Shown here: one piece after another, positions 49,946 to 63,406 of the stretch
Position numbering within the stretch: position 1 is the first letter of the stretch
How the letters are laid out: the number at the start of each line of letters is the position of its first letter
NCBI GenBank assembly: GCA_964234715.1
Contig: OZ174279.1
DNA: 64,000 bases
Source of the DNA: Podarcis melisellensis
Taxonomy: Eukaryota
Reading direction: 5' to 3' (one strand)
The notes under the pieces: generated by a model
What the model was told of the DNA's origin: nothing
The model's database searches: none
What the model saw: only the letters and a program-made list of their open reading frames with translations
Program-made: the position numbers and the translations under genes

Positions 49946-51921
49946 GTTTATGACTGAGCAAGGATTTAAGCAGGCTTTCCTCCATGTGAATCAAGGACCC
50001 TGTCCACTGCCCTGCACATCTTTCCCAGAAACAAGGTAATCCGAGTTTTTCAGAGTCTCAATTCTGACTAGGATGGTAATTCAGGTGGTTTCTTGAGAGC
50101 ACCTAGAATTGAAGATGCAATTCCAAGAGCAAAATTGCATTGTCAGTTGCTACATCCTGAGGTGAATAGCTCGAAAACTTGGAAATTTCAGACAGGTCAT
50201 ACAACCTTAGACTAATGCGCAGCAAATCTTCCAAATCTGAAACGGAAATAGCCACCCTGTGAAGAACGTAACTTTGTTTAGAGTGAGTTCACAGTACTTG
50301 CCAGCTGGTAATGAACAGCTTTATTAAGTGGGCCGAACAGCGTTGTAAAGTACTCCTGGACACTTCGGGAGAACGCTGAGAACAAAGCTTAGTCGCTTCT
50401 TTCCCCGAAGCTCACACAGTTCAGATAATCACCATGTGCTGTCAGCAAGTAGTGTAGTAGCCAATCACTCTTGAGGTGCTACAAATAAAACAGCGCAATC
50501 CATCATGAATTTGCAGCTAGGGAAAATAATAGTTTTAATGAATTATATGCTAGCAATGGAACTCCAGCATGCATTCTCCTTGGAGTGTTTCAGCTGCATT
50601 CTTTGGCCATGTGCCATTTTCCCCCTTGGCTAGCCCTGCGCTGAGAAAATCCAGGGATGTTGGTCGAAGGCTTGCTGCAGGGCCAGTCCATTAAAGATAC
50701 TTTTCCTCCTGCTGATGGGGATTCCCAGCATGCACTGGAAATCGTCTTGGCTGGTAAACTATTACCTTCCGGCTCCATTCAGGACACAGGAAGCAGTGGT
50801 GCCCTTGGACCTTAAGTCACTTGATTGTCAAAATAAATATTCCCCAAAACAAAAAAGGCCTATATCACATGGGTGGCTGAGTGCTTCCTTCCTTGTGCTC
50901 TTACCTGATGATTTAGCACCAGGTTTCCCAGGAACATGTAGTGCACTGTCCACCCCCCATCCCTTTCCAGCATGCCAAGTGGCAAACGAAATGCAAACAG
51001 AAAGTTTAGAGTATCTAATGGATTCTGCGTAGGGGATTTTTGCTGTGGCTTGCTATAGTGTCTCCCAGCTGCTGCATAATTACGCCTGAGTAAATTTTTA
51101 TCTGATGTTTAAAAGTGTTTTGATTCTATTTAGAGAATGTATTTTGTGTCGTTAATTTGTTTTCTGTTGATTTTACATTATAACCAATGCTGGGCTTGTT
51201 TACAATGAATGGTGGGCTCAAAAATAGAAGGAAATAATATAAATAACACACACCAGTGTTTGTTCTACTTGGAGTAGACCCATTGAAGTCAACGGACTAT
51301 TGTTTTTAGTAGGTCTACTCTGAGTATGGCCTAGTTGGCTCTAAGCCAGTGAATTTCAGTTGGCACTTCTGTCTGTTGCAGCAAATTGTTGGTCTCATAA
51401 ATTAACAAGGCATCAAACAATGAATTTAGAGTGTTGCTGGGTTAGGGTCCAGTCCCTGATGAAAAATGCAGCCCCAGCATATTGGCAGCTAGACTGCTTG
51501 TTATTCATTGTAAGGCGCCTAGCTATGGGAGTGTTAGATGTTTGACAGCATTGAATAGATTCTAGTCAGCCATACAAACTACCTCCAGTCAAGTGGAAAA
51601 GACCATAAAATTGTTTTAGCAACAGCTAATTCTCTTGCTGCTTTTGGACCTTCTTAACTCCTTGGTTGCCAATGTTTATATTTGCTGCTCAATATACCAA
51701 ATATGTTGTTGCTTATATTGTGGAGCACACTTAAATGAACCTGTCAAATGAAGCGAAATTGGTTTTAAAGCTGACCTCCCCGAATGATATTTCTGTCAGT
51801 GCAGTCACCCTTATTCTGTGCTTCTAGCATGGTGGTACCCAGCACAGATTCCTCCACACGTTTGGACTACAACTCCCATCATCCTCGGTCAATGGATTGA
51901 GGATGGGGCTGAAAGGAGCCA

Positions 51922-52130
51922 CAGTGGTACCTCGGGTTACATACACTTCAGGTTACAGACTCTGCTAAGCCAGAAATATTACCTCAGGTTAAGAACTTTG
52001 CTTCAGGATGAGAACAGAAATTGTGCTCCGGCGGCCCGGTGGCAGCGGAAGGCCCCATTAGCTAAAGTGGTGCTTCAGGTTAAGAACAAACCTCTGGAAC
52101 GAATTAAGTACTTAACCCGAGGTACCACTG
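51922..52130. mobile_element. Tc1/mariner-type MITE nested in a palindromic ggactacaactccc MITE (~51860-52145)
   Basis: CAGTGGTACCTCGGGTTA...TAACCCGAGGTACCACTG|TA. Confidence 0.88.
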
Positions 52131-52306
52131 TATAGTCCAAAACATATGTAAGGCATCATGTTCACCTCCCCCATTCTAGCACCAATGTAACGTGGAGTAA
52201 TTTTTGTGTGTATGAGGAGTGTGTGCTCGTTTTAGAACTAAATCAGAAACTAAACGAATGAGCCCAATTCGTTTCAGTTTGCTACCTGCCATGGGAATGT
52301 CAAACG

Positions 52307-52542
52307 CAAGGGTCAGCAACCTTTTTCAGCTGTGGGCCAGTCCACCGTCCCTCAGACCATGTGGTGGGCCGGACTATAATTTTTTTGGGGGAAAGAACGA
52401 ATTCCTATGCCCCACAAATATGCATTTTAAATAAAAGCACACATTCTACTCATGTAATAACACGCTGATTCCCAGACTGTCCGTGGGCCAGATTTAGAAG
52501 GCGATTGGGCCGCATCCATGGGCCTTAGGTTGCCTACTCCTG
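52307..52542. mobile_element. hAT (Charlie-like) MITE
   Basis: CAAGGGTCAGCAACCT...AGGTTGCCTACTCCTG; 8-bp TSD (G/A)TCAAACG. Confidence 0.78.
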
Positions 52543-52693
52543 ATCAAACGGCTTCCAGTGTAGCAAATTGTTACCATCAAGATCCCATGTTCTCTCGGCC
52601 AAAGGAAACAACTTTGTAGCGCTGCCCCTGGAACCTCTCACCAGTTGGGAAGCAAGAAACGCATAACACTATGTTATTCTGGATATCATAGGC

Positions 52694-52975
52694 AGATAAT
52701 AGAAGTGGAGATAATTGAAGAAAGCGATTTGTCTCCTTCATTATGCAGATACCGTCTTGTCGTTTAAAAACCATTGATAGGTTTCTAAAGCGAGTCATTT
52801 CTGTTTCTGCTGCGTCCTGTGTAGCTTTAAACATTTCGAGAAGTGGTCTCCTGACACTTCCCTGGAGAAGCTATTATGCAAGATAATCGTGTTCTCTGTC
52901 ACTCTTGATAAAGGTTTCTGTACATGAACCATCTCCTGCACCCAGTATTTGTTTTCTTCTTATCTCTGCTTATCT
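52694..52975. promoter_or_regulatory. Candidate intronic enhancer: cluster of seven WGATAR sites
   Basis: AGATAA at 52694, 52709 and 52881; TGATAG at 52775; TGATAA at 52906; TTATCT at 52960 and 52970, in non-repetitive-looking sequence. Confidence 0.4.
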
Positions 52976-55342
52976 TTTCCCATCTGACCTCTTTCACCTG
53001 CCTCTTCAACCTTTCACTGCAGCTGCTGACAATTCCATCACCTCATCACCTCCTCTCTGTCACCTCCTTGTTTTCTGATTACATCCAGAGTGTGTGACAA
53101 ACCCTGTATAACATCCCTATAACACCCATATTTTATAGCCACTTCTGTTTAAGGATATCTTTGGCCTGGAATTGCTCAGCTCCTGAGCCTGTCCTAGGGG
53201 AGGGGGAAATTAGGTTTGGTTCATGCTCCTGCTCCTCCTCCTGCTTGTACTAATTTATTACGTAGGGCAATTAACACACAATGTTTAAAATAGTGTGAAA
53301 CAACTTACAAGCACAAAAATAGCGTGGGTCCTAAAAATATACACCTCAGGTTTCAAAAGCCAAGGCTAAAAGGTGTGTCTTCAGCATTCATTGAAAACTG
53401 GATAACGAAGTTGCCAGATGCATCTCTGTGAGGAGGGAATTTACAGTGCTCTGGCAGAGCTGCTTTTAATTTAAGGGGGGAAATAAAGTAGAACCCTGGA
53501 AATTGGGCTTCCTTAGATGGAAATGCAGAGTTAATTCACTTCACCGGAATACAGCCCACTTCTAAAACCTCTGTTGTCTATACACTCAAGGTGTTGGAAG
53601 CACAAATGGACCCATACCATTGCCAGTTTTCATTGTGTATGTGTGTATTTTTCCTACCTTGTTGTGGTGCCATTTGCAGTCACACAGGAAGTATGACTAT
53701 TGGAATTGTGAGCCACTCACAGTTTCTCGATGTTGTGTAATGTATGAAGCCTCTTAAATGGCAGAGGTCCATTTAAATCCCTTATCAGCCACCACTATAT
53801 ATAGGGAGAAAGTGCAGTAAATCTGTCCTCAAGTTGCGTGGATAATGTCAGCTCAAGGTTTAGCTTTCATCTTGTTTCAAATCTTAAGGGCAGGGAGCTA
53901 TGATTGGGAATCTCAATCGAAACAGTCTATGAATAGACAACAAAATGTATTTGTTCACACAAAGAATTTCAAACATGCTTCATGGTCTATCAAGAAGCTT
54001 TAGAAAGATACAGATCAATAATGAAACAACTCTTAGACAATTTTGAAATACATTTCTATATATATTTTTAATTCATTTGAGTTTCAAGCTACTATCTGCA
54101 ATGTTCTCCATGAAAAACATTTTTTGTAACTTATGTACATTTCAAGCTGTGACTATCCAATTTCTGAGTCAGAAATTTTCCCTATTCTCTTCAGTATTTG
54201 TATAGAGTTCAAACAAAACTATATAATGGTTTCTGACTTGTTCCATGTGCACAAAGAAGAGCAGGGGATATATGAAAAATATCACTAGAGGTGCCAGTTA
54301 TTTTTGTTCCTCTGCCACAGTGAGGTTTTTTTTTAATGTGCTGCCTTCCTCTTCCTGATTTGAATTCTGCTGTTCTATATTTGTACAGCCTTTTAAAGGT
54401 CTACCTAGAAAAACTCAGATTTTATCACATTTGTGGTGCAGCAAGTAGTTTTCAATCATGACTTTAACACTTATTAATTAGTTGTGTCCTTTAGTCCTAA
54501 ATTAGCACTTTACTGAGTGGGAGTTTCCTATGGCTGTGTACCTATCTTACATTGAAAACACATGAAAAACACATCCCTTCCCAGCAAGAACCCTGAGAAT
54601 TGTAGTCTGTTAAGGGTCCTGAGAACCTTATCTCTGCAAGTGGGAAATTACAGTTTCCAGGATTCTTGAGGGGAGGGGGTTACTTTAAATGTATGCTGTG
54701 TACACAGCCCATCTTTACTTTTGTGACTATACCAGTCAAGTGCTGTAAACAAAGTGCAAACAAGGAGGGCCAGTGTGATGTTTCTGGGTCCAAGAATAGG
54801 TACCAAGAATGAGGAATTGTTTGATAGAAATAGCATCCAAGACCCTGAAATTAAAGGACTAAAGAGCAACCCAGGGCAAGTCCTCCCCTCCCTGGAGTCC
54901 AAGACCCCCCCCCAAAACATCATACATACATCACAGAAGGGGTGTAGCCCAAGACCCCCCCCCCAGAAACATCACACCTACATCACAGAAAAGGTGGTCT
55001 ACAACAGAAATCTGAGTGTGTTGTTTTTACCCTGTCTGCCAGGTTACCTGTTAACGGTCACTTGACTGGATTACCTGGGGAGCCTGGCCATTCTTTTGTA
55101 ATGATAATACTTAATTCCTGAGCCAGGTCACAGGCTCACCCTATTCACACCTTAAATGTGCCCTTAAGGCAGGATTTGTGAGGACGGGGACAATAGGGAG
55201 GTTTCTGCGTTTCCTTCGACCTTGTAGAGAAATATTTGAGGTGACTGAAAGAGTCAAAATGGCTTTAGAACTTTTCCTGTGGGTTTTGGACATGTGGTTT
55301 ATATATTTATATATGTGTTTGTTTGGTACAATTATGAACATT

Positions 55343-55346
<4 letters not shown>

Positions 55347-55428
<82 letters not shown>
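55347..55428. repeat. Compound (CA)n(TA)n microsatellite
   Basis: Direct reading. Confidence 0.95.
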
Positions 55429-56924
55429 CTAAAAATTCTTATAACAACATCGTGTACAGATTGGTACTTGTGAACATCTACAGCTGCAGCATGATGACCT
55501 GCTATGGCAGCAGAGGAAATGGAGTATATTTTTGAAGAGATTCTTATGACAAATATCTTTTCCAGTATAGATGTTCATTCTCCCAAGGGCTTTTTTAATT
55601 TTAGTCATTCTTTTCTGTTGGCCTTGCAGGATCCATTTCTGATGAATGCCTGTATCCATCAGGTCTTGCTTTCTTTTGTCACATTTGCTTCTTCCTTAGG
55701 GCTTGAATATTATGCTACTAATGGGATAACAAGGGAGCTTCAAAATCCACCATACCAGTTCATGCTGAAAAAATTAGGAGACAGGTAGCACAGTTTTAAT
55801 AAAGTTTTAATAAAGTGGTCTCATTCACATTGCACATTTAAATCACTCTCATACCACTTTAAGAGTCATGGCTTCTTTCAAGAAATCCTGGAAATTATAG
55901 TTTGTTAAGGGTTTGGGAAATGTAGCTCTGTGACAGGTCTCCTAACAGCTCTGAGTTTATTAGCTCTCATCCAGCCCACCACTGCATTCCCTACCTTTTC
56001 ACCTTTTTAGAATAACATTTTGAGTGTTGGATTAAGGGTGAAACTAGACAGTACATGGGAGATATGTGAATTGTTCCTCAGGTTTTGTTTTGTTTTAAAA
56101 AAATGAAAAAGCAGATTCTGAGGCAGCAGTCAGAAGTGGAGAAAGACAGGTGGGCACGTTCAGAATTGCCTCCCCTGAACTACTTCCCCAGCTGGGAAAA
56201 GCTATAGGGGTCTCACCATTTTCACCACCAAGTAGCTGGAGCACGTGGAAGGGGGGAATTTGGGGCAGGCAAATGGCAGAGAGGGTGAAGTATCCTGCCT
56301 CCTAATCTTTCTGACTGCAACCTCCACAGCTGCTTTTTATTTTAAACACACACACACACAAACACACACACCCCTACCTAGAGACTGATTCATGCATCTC
56401 CCGTGTACCCTCTAGTTTGGCCCTAAAGTGTAATTCTCTTTTTAAGAAAAACAATTCTATGAATACTTCATTCAGGCAGTATGATATTTCACATACTAGA
56501 CTACCTGAAACACTCCTGCCTTAGTACGATAAGGGTCTTTAGTAGAATAGAGGCCCCCAAAGACCTGAAGATATACGATCTATATAGAAATACTGTTGCG
56601 TATGTCGCTTGCTGCTTCTAAAATTTGAACTGTCTGCTTACTCATTTGGACGTGAGAAATCCATTGTTTCTTAGGATTATGTCTTCTGGGACCTTGGATT
56701 CATTTACGACATTGGGGAATTTATTGCCCATGCAGGATTTCCAAAGCTGCCTTTATTCTCTTTAGCTTCTTTTAAAACTCAGTTTCGGGATTTATTTATA
56801 AACCTCCATACCTGTTATTTTGAAAGTGTGAGGAACTCCTTACTGTGGTGGCAGGGAAAAGAAGGCGTAAACAGCTAACAAGGGATGCATGAAAGCTGCC
56901 AAATATAATATATCATATCAAATA

Positions 56925-57075
56925 TCATATGGAAGATGGAGCAAGCTTGTTTTATCCTGCTTCAAAGGGTAGGACCAAACCAATGGCTTCAAGTTAAAAG
57001 AAAGGAGATTCCCATTAAACACAATGAAAAACTTTCTTACAGTAGGAGCTGTTTGACAGTAGAATGGACTCGCTT
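56925..57075 (+). mobile_element. CR1 ORF2 C-terminal fragment
   Basis: gggtaggaccaaaccaatggcttcaagttaaaagaaaggagattc...aactttcttacagtaggagctgtt. Confidence 0.65.
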
Positions 57076-57171
57076 GGAGTAGACTGCTTCAAAAGCGGGG
57101 AGGAAAGTTAAGTGTGGATAAGACCTTATTGACATGGGAAGCATCATCATCGTCATCATCATCATCATCTG

Positions 57172-57390
57172 TTATTTATACCCCGCCCATCTGGCTAGGT
57201 TTCCTCAGCCACTCTGGGTGGCCTCCAACAAAATATTAAAAACATGGTAAATCATCAAACTTTAAAAACTTCCCTAAACAGGGCTGCCTTCAGATGTCTC
57301 CAAAAAGTCAGATAGTTGTTTATTTCTTTCACATCTAATGGGAGGGCGTTCCACAGGGCGGGTACGACTACTGAGAAGGCCCTCTGCCTG
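57172..57390 (-). mobile_element. L2-type LINE 3' fragment
   Basis: Homologous to 12327-12546. Confidence 0.8.
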
Positions 57391-58588
57391 GGTAGGAGTG
57401 CCGCACAAACTCAACTGTGTCTTCTACAACTCCCACTCATTCTGATGGGGCTTGCAGAGAAAAATTCGCTACTGATAGTTTTTCAGCCGTGCTTTGCATT
57501 CTTTCCCAGGTCCTTCTGCTGTTATTAATTACTGACATTTCGTATGCTCGTTCTCTTGGTATTGCCTTTGGCTGTGTTCCTGCTCATGAGCACTGGGGAT
57601 CTGTCAGATAGCTTGCAATATTCATGCTTTGTTTTCACTTGCTTGGGACTTTTTATACATGTAGGTCTGATAAACATAAGACTACTGTTGTTGTTGCTGC
57701 TGCTGTTGAATAAACACACACACACACACACACGGCCATTTAACACGATAGTCTCCCCCCCTTCCACCCCAGTGCTTTCGATGAGCCAACCCAACATGTC
57801 ACCATGAGTATAATGGATATCATGAATTGTGCCCCCCCCAAAGGTAATGTGAGAAGCTAGTCTGCCCTGAGTGACCTTCTATAAAATGATGAATCATCCA
57901 CTCCCACTGAAATAATTGAGGTGAATTACCTAAATGGAACTAAGAAAAAGGCTCAGTGATGTAGCTTTATTGACTTCATTGACTGTGCTGTTGTAGTCCC
58001 ATTGACTCTTACACTAGTATTTGTGTTCTTTGATTTGCACATTAGGCTCCAGATGTACAGAAGCATATTGTTTTGGAAATGTTTTAAGATGACAAAAACT
58101 GGCAAAATATCTGAAAGGAAGCCTACTACCCACACCACATACCCAAGTCAAGGTGCTTTTTGAAGAAACTCAAACAAAATGTTTGAAAAACGAGTTCCTT
58201 GAATACGTCATGCCTCTGAGGAGATATGAGCTTGTTTATTTCACACTTAAGACACTTTTGCTAAATTTTCCAAAACAGACCTTTTTCCTTTCTGTTTGCA
58301 CTTTCAAGTTTGCTTCGTCTATTTATATTAGAGTGGTGCCCAAGTTGTCCCTCAAGGTCCTTCACACTTCTGTGAGGACAGCAGATTTCTCCATGGGGAG
58401 GAGAACTTCTCCAGCAGTTTATGAGGGATGAGACTCACCAGCAGCAATGGTAGTAGACAGCTTCTTTCTTCCCCTCCCCAAGGTGGTGTTTTGTTTGAGG
58501 GCTTTTGCTGGTGCACTGATGCCTGCACCCTGACCACAATTTTGCATCCTCCAGTTTCCCAGGCCTAGTGTCAGTCCAGGGTACTATC

Positions 58589-58599
58589 CCTCTCTCCCT

Positions 58600-58632
<33 letters not shown>
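58589..58632. repeat. (CT)n/(GT)n microsatellite
   Basis: Direct reading. Confidence 0.9.
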
Positions 58633-58645
<13 letters not shown>

Positions 58646-60162
58646 GTGTGTGAAGAGGAAGAAATGGTAGCTGCTGGAAAAAAAAGATAGAGAATATTAG
58701 AAAAAAATTAGGCAGAATGACCTTCTTTTGGGGAGGTGAGAAAAAGGAAAAATCTCTCTCTCAAAAAAAGAAAAAAAATCTTCTGAGAAATTTTGGGTCA
58801 TCTCTGATTTATATATACATTATTTTGGATAGTTGTGTAATGTGGCAAAGAAAGGTGGAAAGTCACATAACCAGCCTTCAAAATATTTTTATTCCTATGG
58901 CTTTACCCATCTCAGCATTTTTTTCCAAGCTATAGAAAATGATAATTCTTATTTCTCAGTGCAATATTAGATTTTGTTTAGCAACGATGGTAGAATATTT
59001 ACTTTGGGTTTTAGCATTCCACTAAACATTTCATTATGTATTGATAGGCCCTTGTCAGCTTTATCCCCCAAAGGGCTTCACAATCTAAAAGCACAGTTCT
59101 TCCAAAATTTAAAAAGCTATAATAATCATTCATGCTCATCAGGTGTCCCTAAGAAGCCTGGACATCTCTAACACATTTCTTGTTCTCTTAGTGGAATGCT
59201 GTTCAGGATTCTTTTAGGGGAAGACATGTAGTATTTTCCTATATTTTTTATATTACTCTTCTACTTCCATTCCCCACCCCCTGAGAATGCAAGTTGTCAT
59301 CACACCATTCCATTTTAACACAATGTTCTTCATAAAGCTTTATGGTTGGATCAGAAGAAGGCGCCGAGGTCTGCCAAGAGAATACTTTTGCCAGCATCAA
59401 GTTTATAGAAGCGTGATGCCCAGCTGTAATCAGGATTACACTCCTGGACAGAAATTGCAATGGGACCTAAGGGAGAAACTGAAGCTTGTAAATTCAAAAA
59501 CATAGCTCACTAAAGGGTACCATTACTTTATTTATAAACATGCGGGATTTATGACCTCACTTGATCTACAATTGGGAGCTCATAAATCCAAGATGCATAA
59601 CAGTGAAGATTTTCTTGAGATGGTTTTTGCATAATTGCCACTATCATGTGCCATTTGGATCTGATAAGCCTGCAAAGGCAACACAGTGCACAGTCTAGTC
59701 AGAAATGGGCAGTGTTTAGACTGTAGCAAGAGGAAGACTCTTCTTGGTTGTTGTTTTGCTTTCCACGCTAGAGAGCAGATTCAAACATTTGGAACTGCTT
59801 TAGCATTTTGTTTTGGGGCCAAGGTGGATGGAAATGAGTGGCCATATTTTGCAAGTCTTTGATGTATGCCTCCCGCTGTTGTTGTGTTAATGACAAGTCT
59901 TTGTCTTGCTCTCCGCTGGGCTGTGGTGAGGTTCCCAGATATTCAGATGCTCAACTAAACTGAAAAGCAGAAAATGAGGAACATCCCATGTTAACTTCTT
60001 GGAAAGATGCTTGCCAACACTGAGTGAAACTAATAGGAAAACATGGTCCAGTGAATTTGATAATAAAATGCTACAGCCTCCTTGTTTGCTCGAGAAATTT
60101 CTGCATTCAAAAACATTCCTGTTCCAGTTCCAGTGTATGTGTCAGGCAAGGGGCTTTAAGCT

Positions 60163-60777
60163 GGGCTGCCCTTGAAGCTGTCCCAGAAACTCCAGTGGGT
60201 GCAGAATGTTGCATCGAGGCTCCTCACAGGGTCTCTGCCATGGGAGCATATTCACCCAGTGCTTTTCAAACTGCACTGGCTCCCGGTAGAGTACAGGGTC
60301 AGATTTAAGGTGCTGCTTTTGACTTTTAAAGCCCTTCATGGCCTAGAACCCTCGTACCTACGGATCACCTCTCCTGGTATGCCCCGCGGAGGACCTTAAG
60401 GTCCATATATAGCAACACCCTGGAGGTCCCGGGCCCTAAGGAAGTTAGATTAGCCTCAGCCAGAGCCAGGGCCTTCTCAACAATGGCTCCGACCTGGTGG
60501 AATGCTCTGTCTCTTGAGACCAGGGCCCTGCGGGATCTGATCTCTTTCCGCTAGGCCTGTAAGACAGAGTTGTTCCACCTGGCCTTTGGCTCCGAATCAG
60601 TTTGATTCCCTCCCCCTTTTTCTTTTTCCTTTCTCCTCCTATGATGAGATTGCTCCCTAATTGTTTTAACATTGTATCTTAATCTTTTAAATTGTTTTTT
60701 AATCAACTTGTTTTTATTATTGGTTGTTAGCTGCCCTGAGCCCGGTCTCGGCTGGGGAGGGCGGGGTATAAATAAAA

Positions 60778-60834
<57 letters not shown>
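60163..60834 (+). mobile_element. L2-type LINE 3' fragment (different subfamily) with (TTA)n tail
   Basis: KLQWVQNVASRLLTG...HIHPVLFKLHWLPVEYRVRFKVLLLTFKALHGL; ends gggcggggtataaataaa followed by (TTA)n. Confidence 0.88.
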
Positions 60835-60835
<1 letters not shown>

Positions 60836-60895
60836 GGCTGCTGTGACTGTTATGAAGGAGGAAATGGGAGCCCATATCTGAGGGATCAGAAGATA

Positions 60896-61302
60896 CTGTA
60901 CTTTTCCGTGTATTAGACGATGTTCCCCCCCAAAAAATAATGTTAAAAAATGGTCAGTGCATATTGGTTGGTTCCGCTAGCTTGAGATTGTCAGTGGTGT
61001 TATTGGTGGCTGAGACAAGGGCTGGTGTCTATTTGCTGTTGCTGCATCAATGGGGTGGGTGATTAGCGGCTTAGGGCAGTGAGGGAACAGCTGATAGGTG
61101 GTTTTTTTGGCGCGTGTGCGGTAGCGCAGCTTAGAAGGGTGAGCAATTTTTGGCAATATCCCCCCTAAAAAAAGCTCAACCATCCCTCACAAAAAACGCT
61201 GAACAACTCTGGGCAATCTCCCCCCATTTCCTTAAGTTTGAGTTCCCAAAAATAGGGGTGCGTCTTATACATGGGGGTTCTGTTATACATGGAAAAATAC
61301 GG
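60896..61302. mobile_element. Non-autonomous Tc1/mariner (pogo/Tigger-like) element
   Basis: TA|CTGTACTTTTCCGTGTAT...TATACATGGAAAAATACGG|TA imperfect TIRs. Confidence 0.7.
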
Positions 61303-63180
61303 TAGGTTTGAAAAAAGTGCATGCCTAGATTCAAACAATTGCAGCTAGAAAAAAAAGTCCAAAATCCCAATGGAGAAGCCCAGTCTCTTAGAAATATCTT
61401 CAGGAGACCTGCTTTGGGCAGGCATGTTCTGATACTTGAAAGAGCCAGCTTGTCAATAATAGTGAAACAGGCACAATCCCATTGGCCTGGGGCTCATCCA
61501 CATTCCACTTGTCTAGAAAGCATGGGTCGAAGAGTTTTCTGCTTGTCCCATACTTTCTAGCCACTGGCCCGAGATGTTTCCCACTTGCCTTGCCACTTTC
61601 CCTGGCAAAACCTGCTCTTTACCACTGGATCGTAGCAAATGTAAATGTGTGGAAAGCCCAACTTGACATTTGGTTTGATGCTGTGGTAAAGAGCAGTTTT
61701 TCCTGGAGGAACCAGGGAGACAAATGCAAGTGTGAATGAGCCTTCAGTGTCAAACACATTCATTGTCAAACATATTCAGTTTAATTCATAGCCTCTAGCT
61801 ATATATGTGCTTTTTCATATGCAAAAGAAAGCATCCTGGCATGATCTGGATTGGGACTACAGCGTGTGTGGAGAGTAGAATTTTAATCCATCTTTAAACC
61901 TAGCCGATTCTCCACTTATGGCAATTGCAGGCACCAGGGGAAGCTCTTTTTTTACTATCAGTAACTGTGGAGGGAGGAGATTTCCAGGGGTTCTCGACTA
62001 TAGGCCAACTGTGGGGTCAGGAATTTGAGTCAGCTATTGAGCAATGCAGAAATGTCCATTTCAGGGCAAATATTGAATAAAAAAGGGTAACTACTGTTGT
62101 TAAAATAATGCTGGCACAATTATTCAGCTGCTCCGTTGTGCCTGCTTTAAGATTTGGCCTTATAGCAGTTTTCTTTCATTGTTCTCATAAGGAAGCATTT
62201 CAGGTAATTTGTGCAATCCCTACAGTCTATCTTCGTGTGCCATAAATTCCTGAAATGGGGTAGTGATATATGGGCTGAAGGAAGATTCTGTACAGGCACG
62301 GAACAAAGGAATGTTTAAATTTGGAGCTGTCATCCAAGAAACTATAAATGTACCACTCAGATATTTCAGGTTTTTGTTAAAAACGAAAAGGTTGAAGAAA
62401 AGAAACTTGTTTTGTTTTCAAAAGGACACATTATGCTGCTGATCTCCCCCCCACCCCACCCCCCTTTAAAATATTGAGCTGGGGGTGTAAGGAGGCAGCA
62501 TTTTCTAGTCTGATCTGTATTCTTTCCAATCAGTGCTGCTTCTGCTCTGCTGCAGTTTGGTTTCTGCCAAATACCATGACATTTAGCTTGCTGTCCACTA
62601 TTTAACATGTTACATCACTTGTGCCACCATTTACATAACTTACGTATTTTACATTCATTTCGATGTAAATGAAATGTTAAGATAATGTGGAAAAAAATCA
62701 GTAGGTATCAATTGTTGACTGAAAAGGCAGTGATGTGAATGAAGACCAGTCATAGTCATTTGACTGATTTCTCTTCCAGACCACAGCAATTTCTGCTTCC
62801 TTTCCCATTTTTGTTGGGATTCTCTGACCCCCCTAATTATAGGGTGTCAGAGCACATTCTAGTCAGTCAGGTTATTTAGATATTTCCAGCACTGGAAATA
62901 AATTGTAAGCATCTTCCTCATCTCTGAATCTAATAAAGTCAACTCTCTCCTTCTTCAAATCTTGCTCACATCTTCCAAGGTTCACCTGGAGCCCACTTCT
63001 ACATAGCACTATCCCATTCTTGGTCTAAAGAGACAACCTGCATATGTCCAGCTGAATGTGGTTCAGTTCCCTCCTCAGACCTTCTGCTCAATGTGTGAAA
63101 GTCTGGAGGTGGAGCCAGAAGACTGAGGGGGTGGGGCCAACTTGCACAGCCCTGTTTCCCTCTGCGCATTCTTTGAATTA

Positions 63181-63406
63181 CAGTGGTACCTCAGGTTAAG
63201 AACTTAATTCGTTCTGGAGGTCCGTTCTTAACCTGAAACTGTTCTTAACCAGAGGCACCACTTTAGCTAATGGAGCCTCCCACTGCGGCTGCGCTGCTGC
63301 CGCGCGATTTCTGTTCTCATCCTGAAGCAAAGTTCTTAACCTGAGGTACTATTTCTGGGTTAGCAGAGTCTGTAACCTGAAGCGTATGTAACCCGACGTA
63401 CCACTG
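63181..63406. mobile_element. Tc1/mariner-type MITE
   Basis: TA|CAGTGGTAC...GTACCACTG|TA; near-identical to 4446-4677. Confidence 0.9.
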
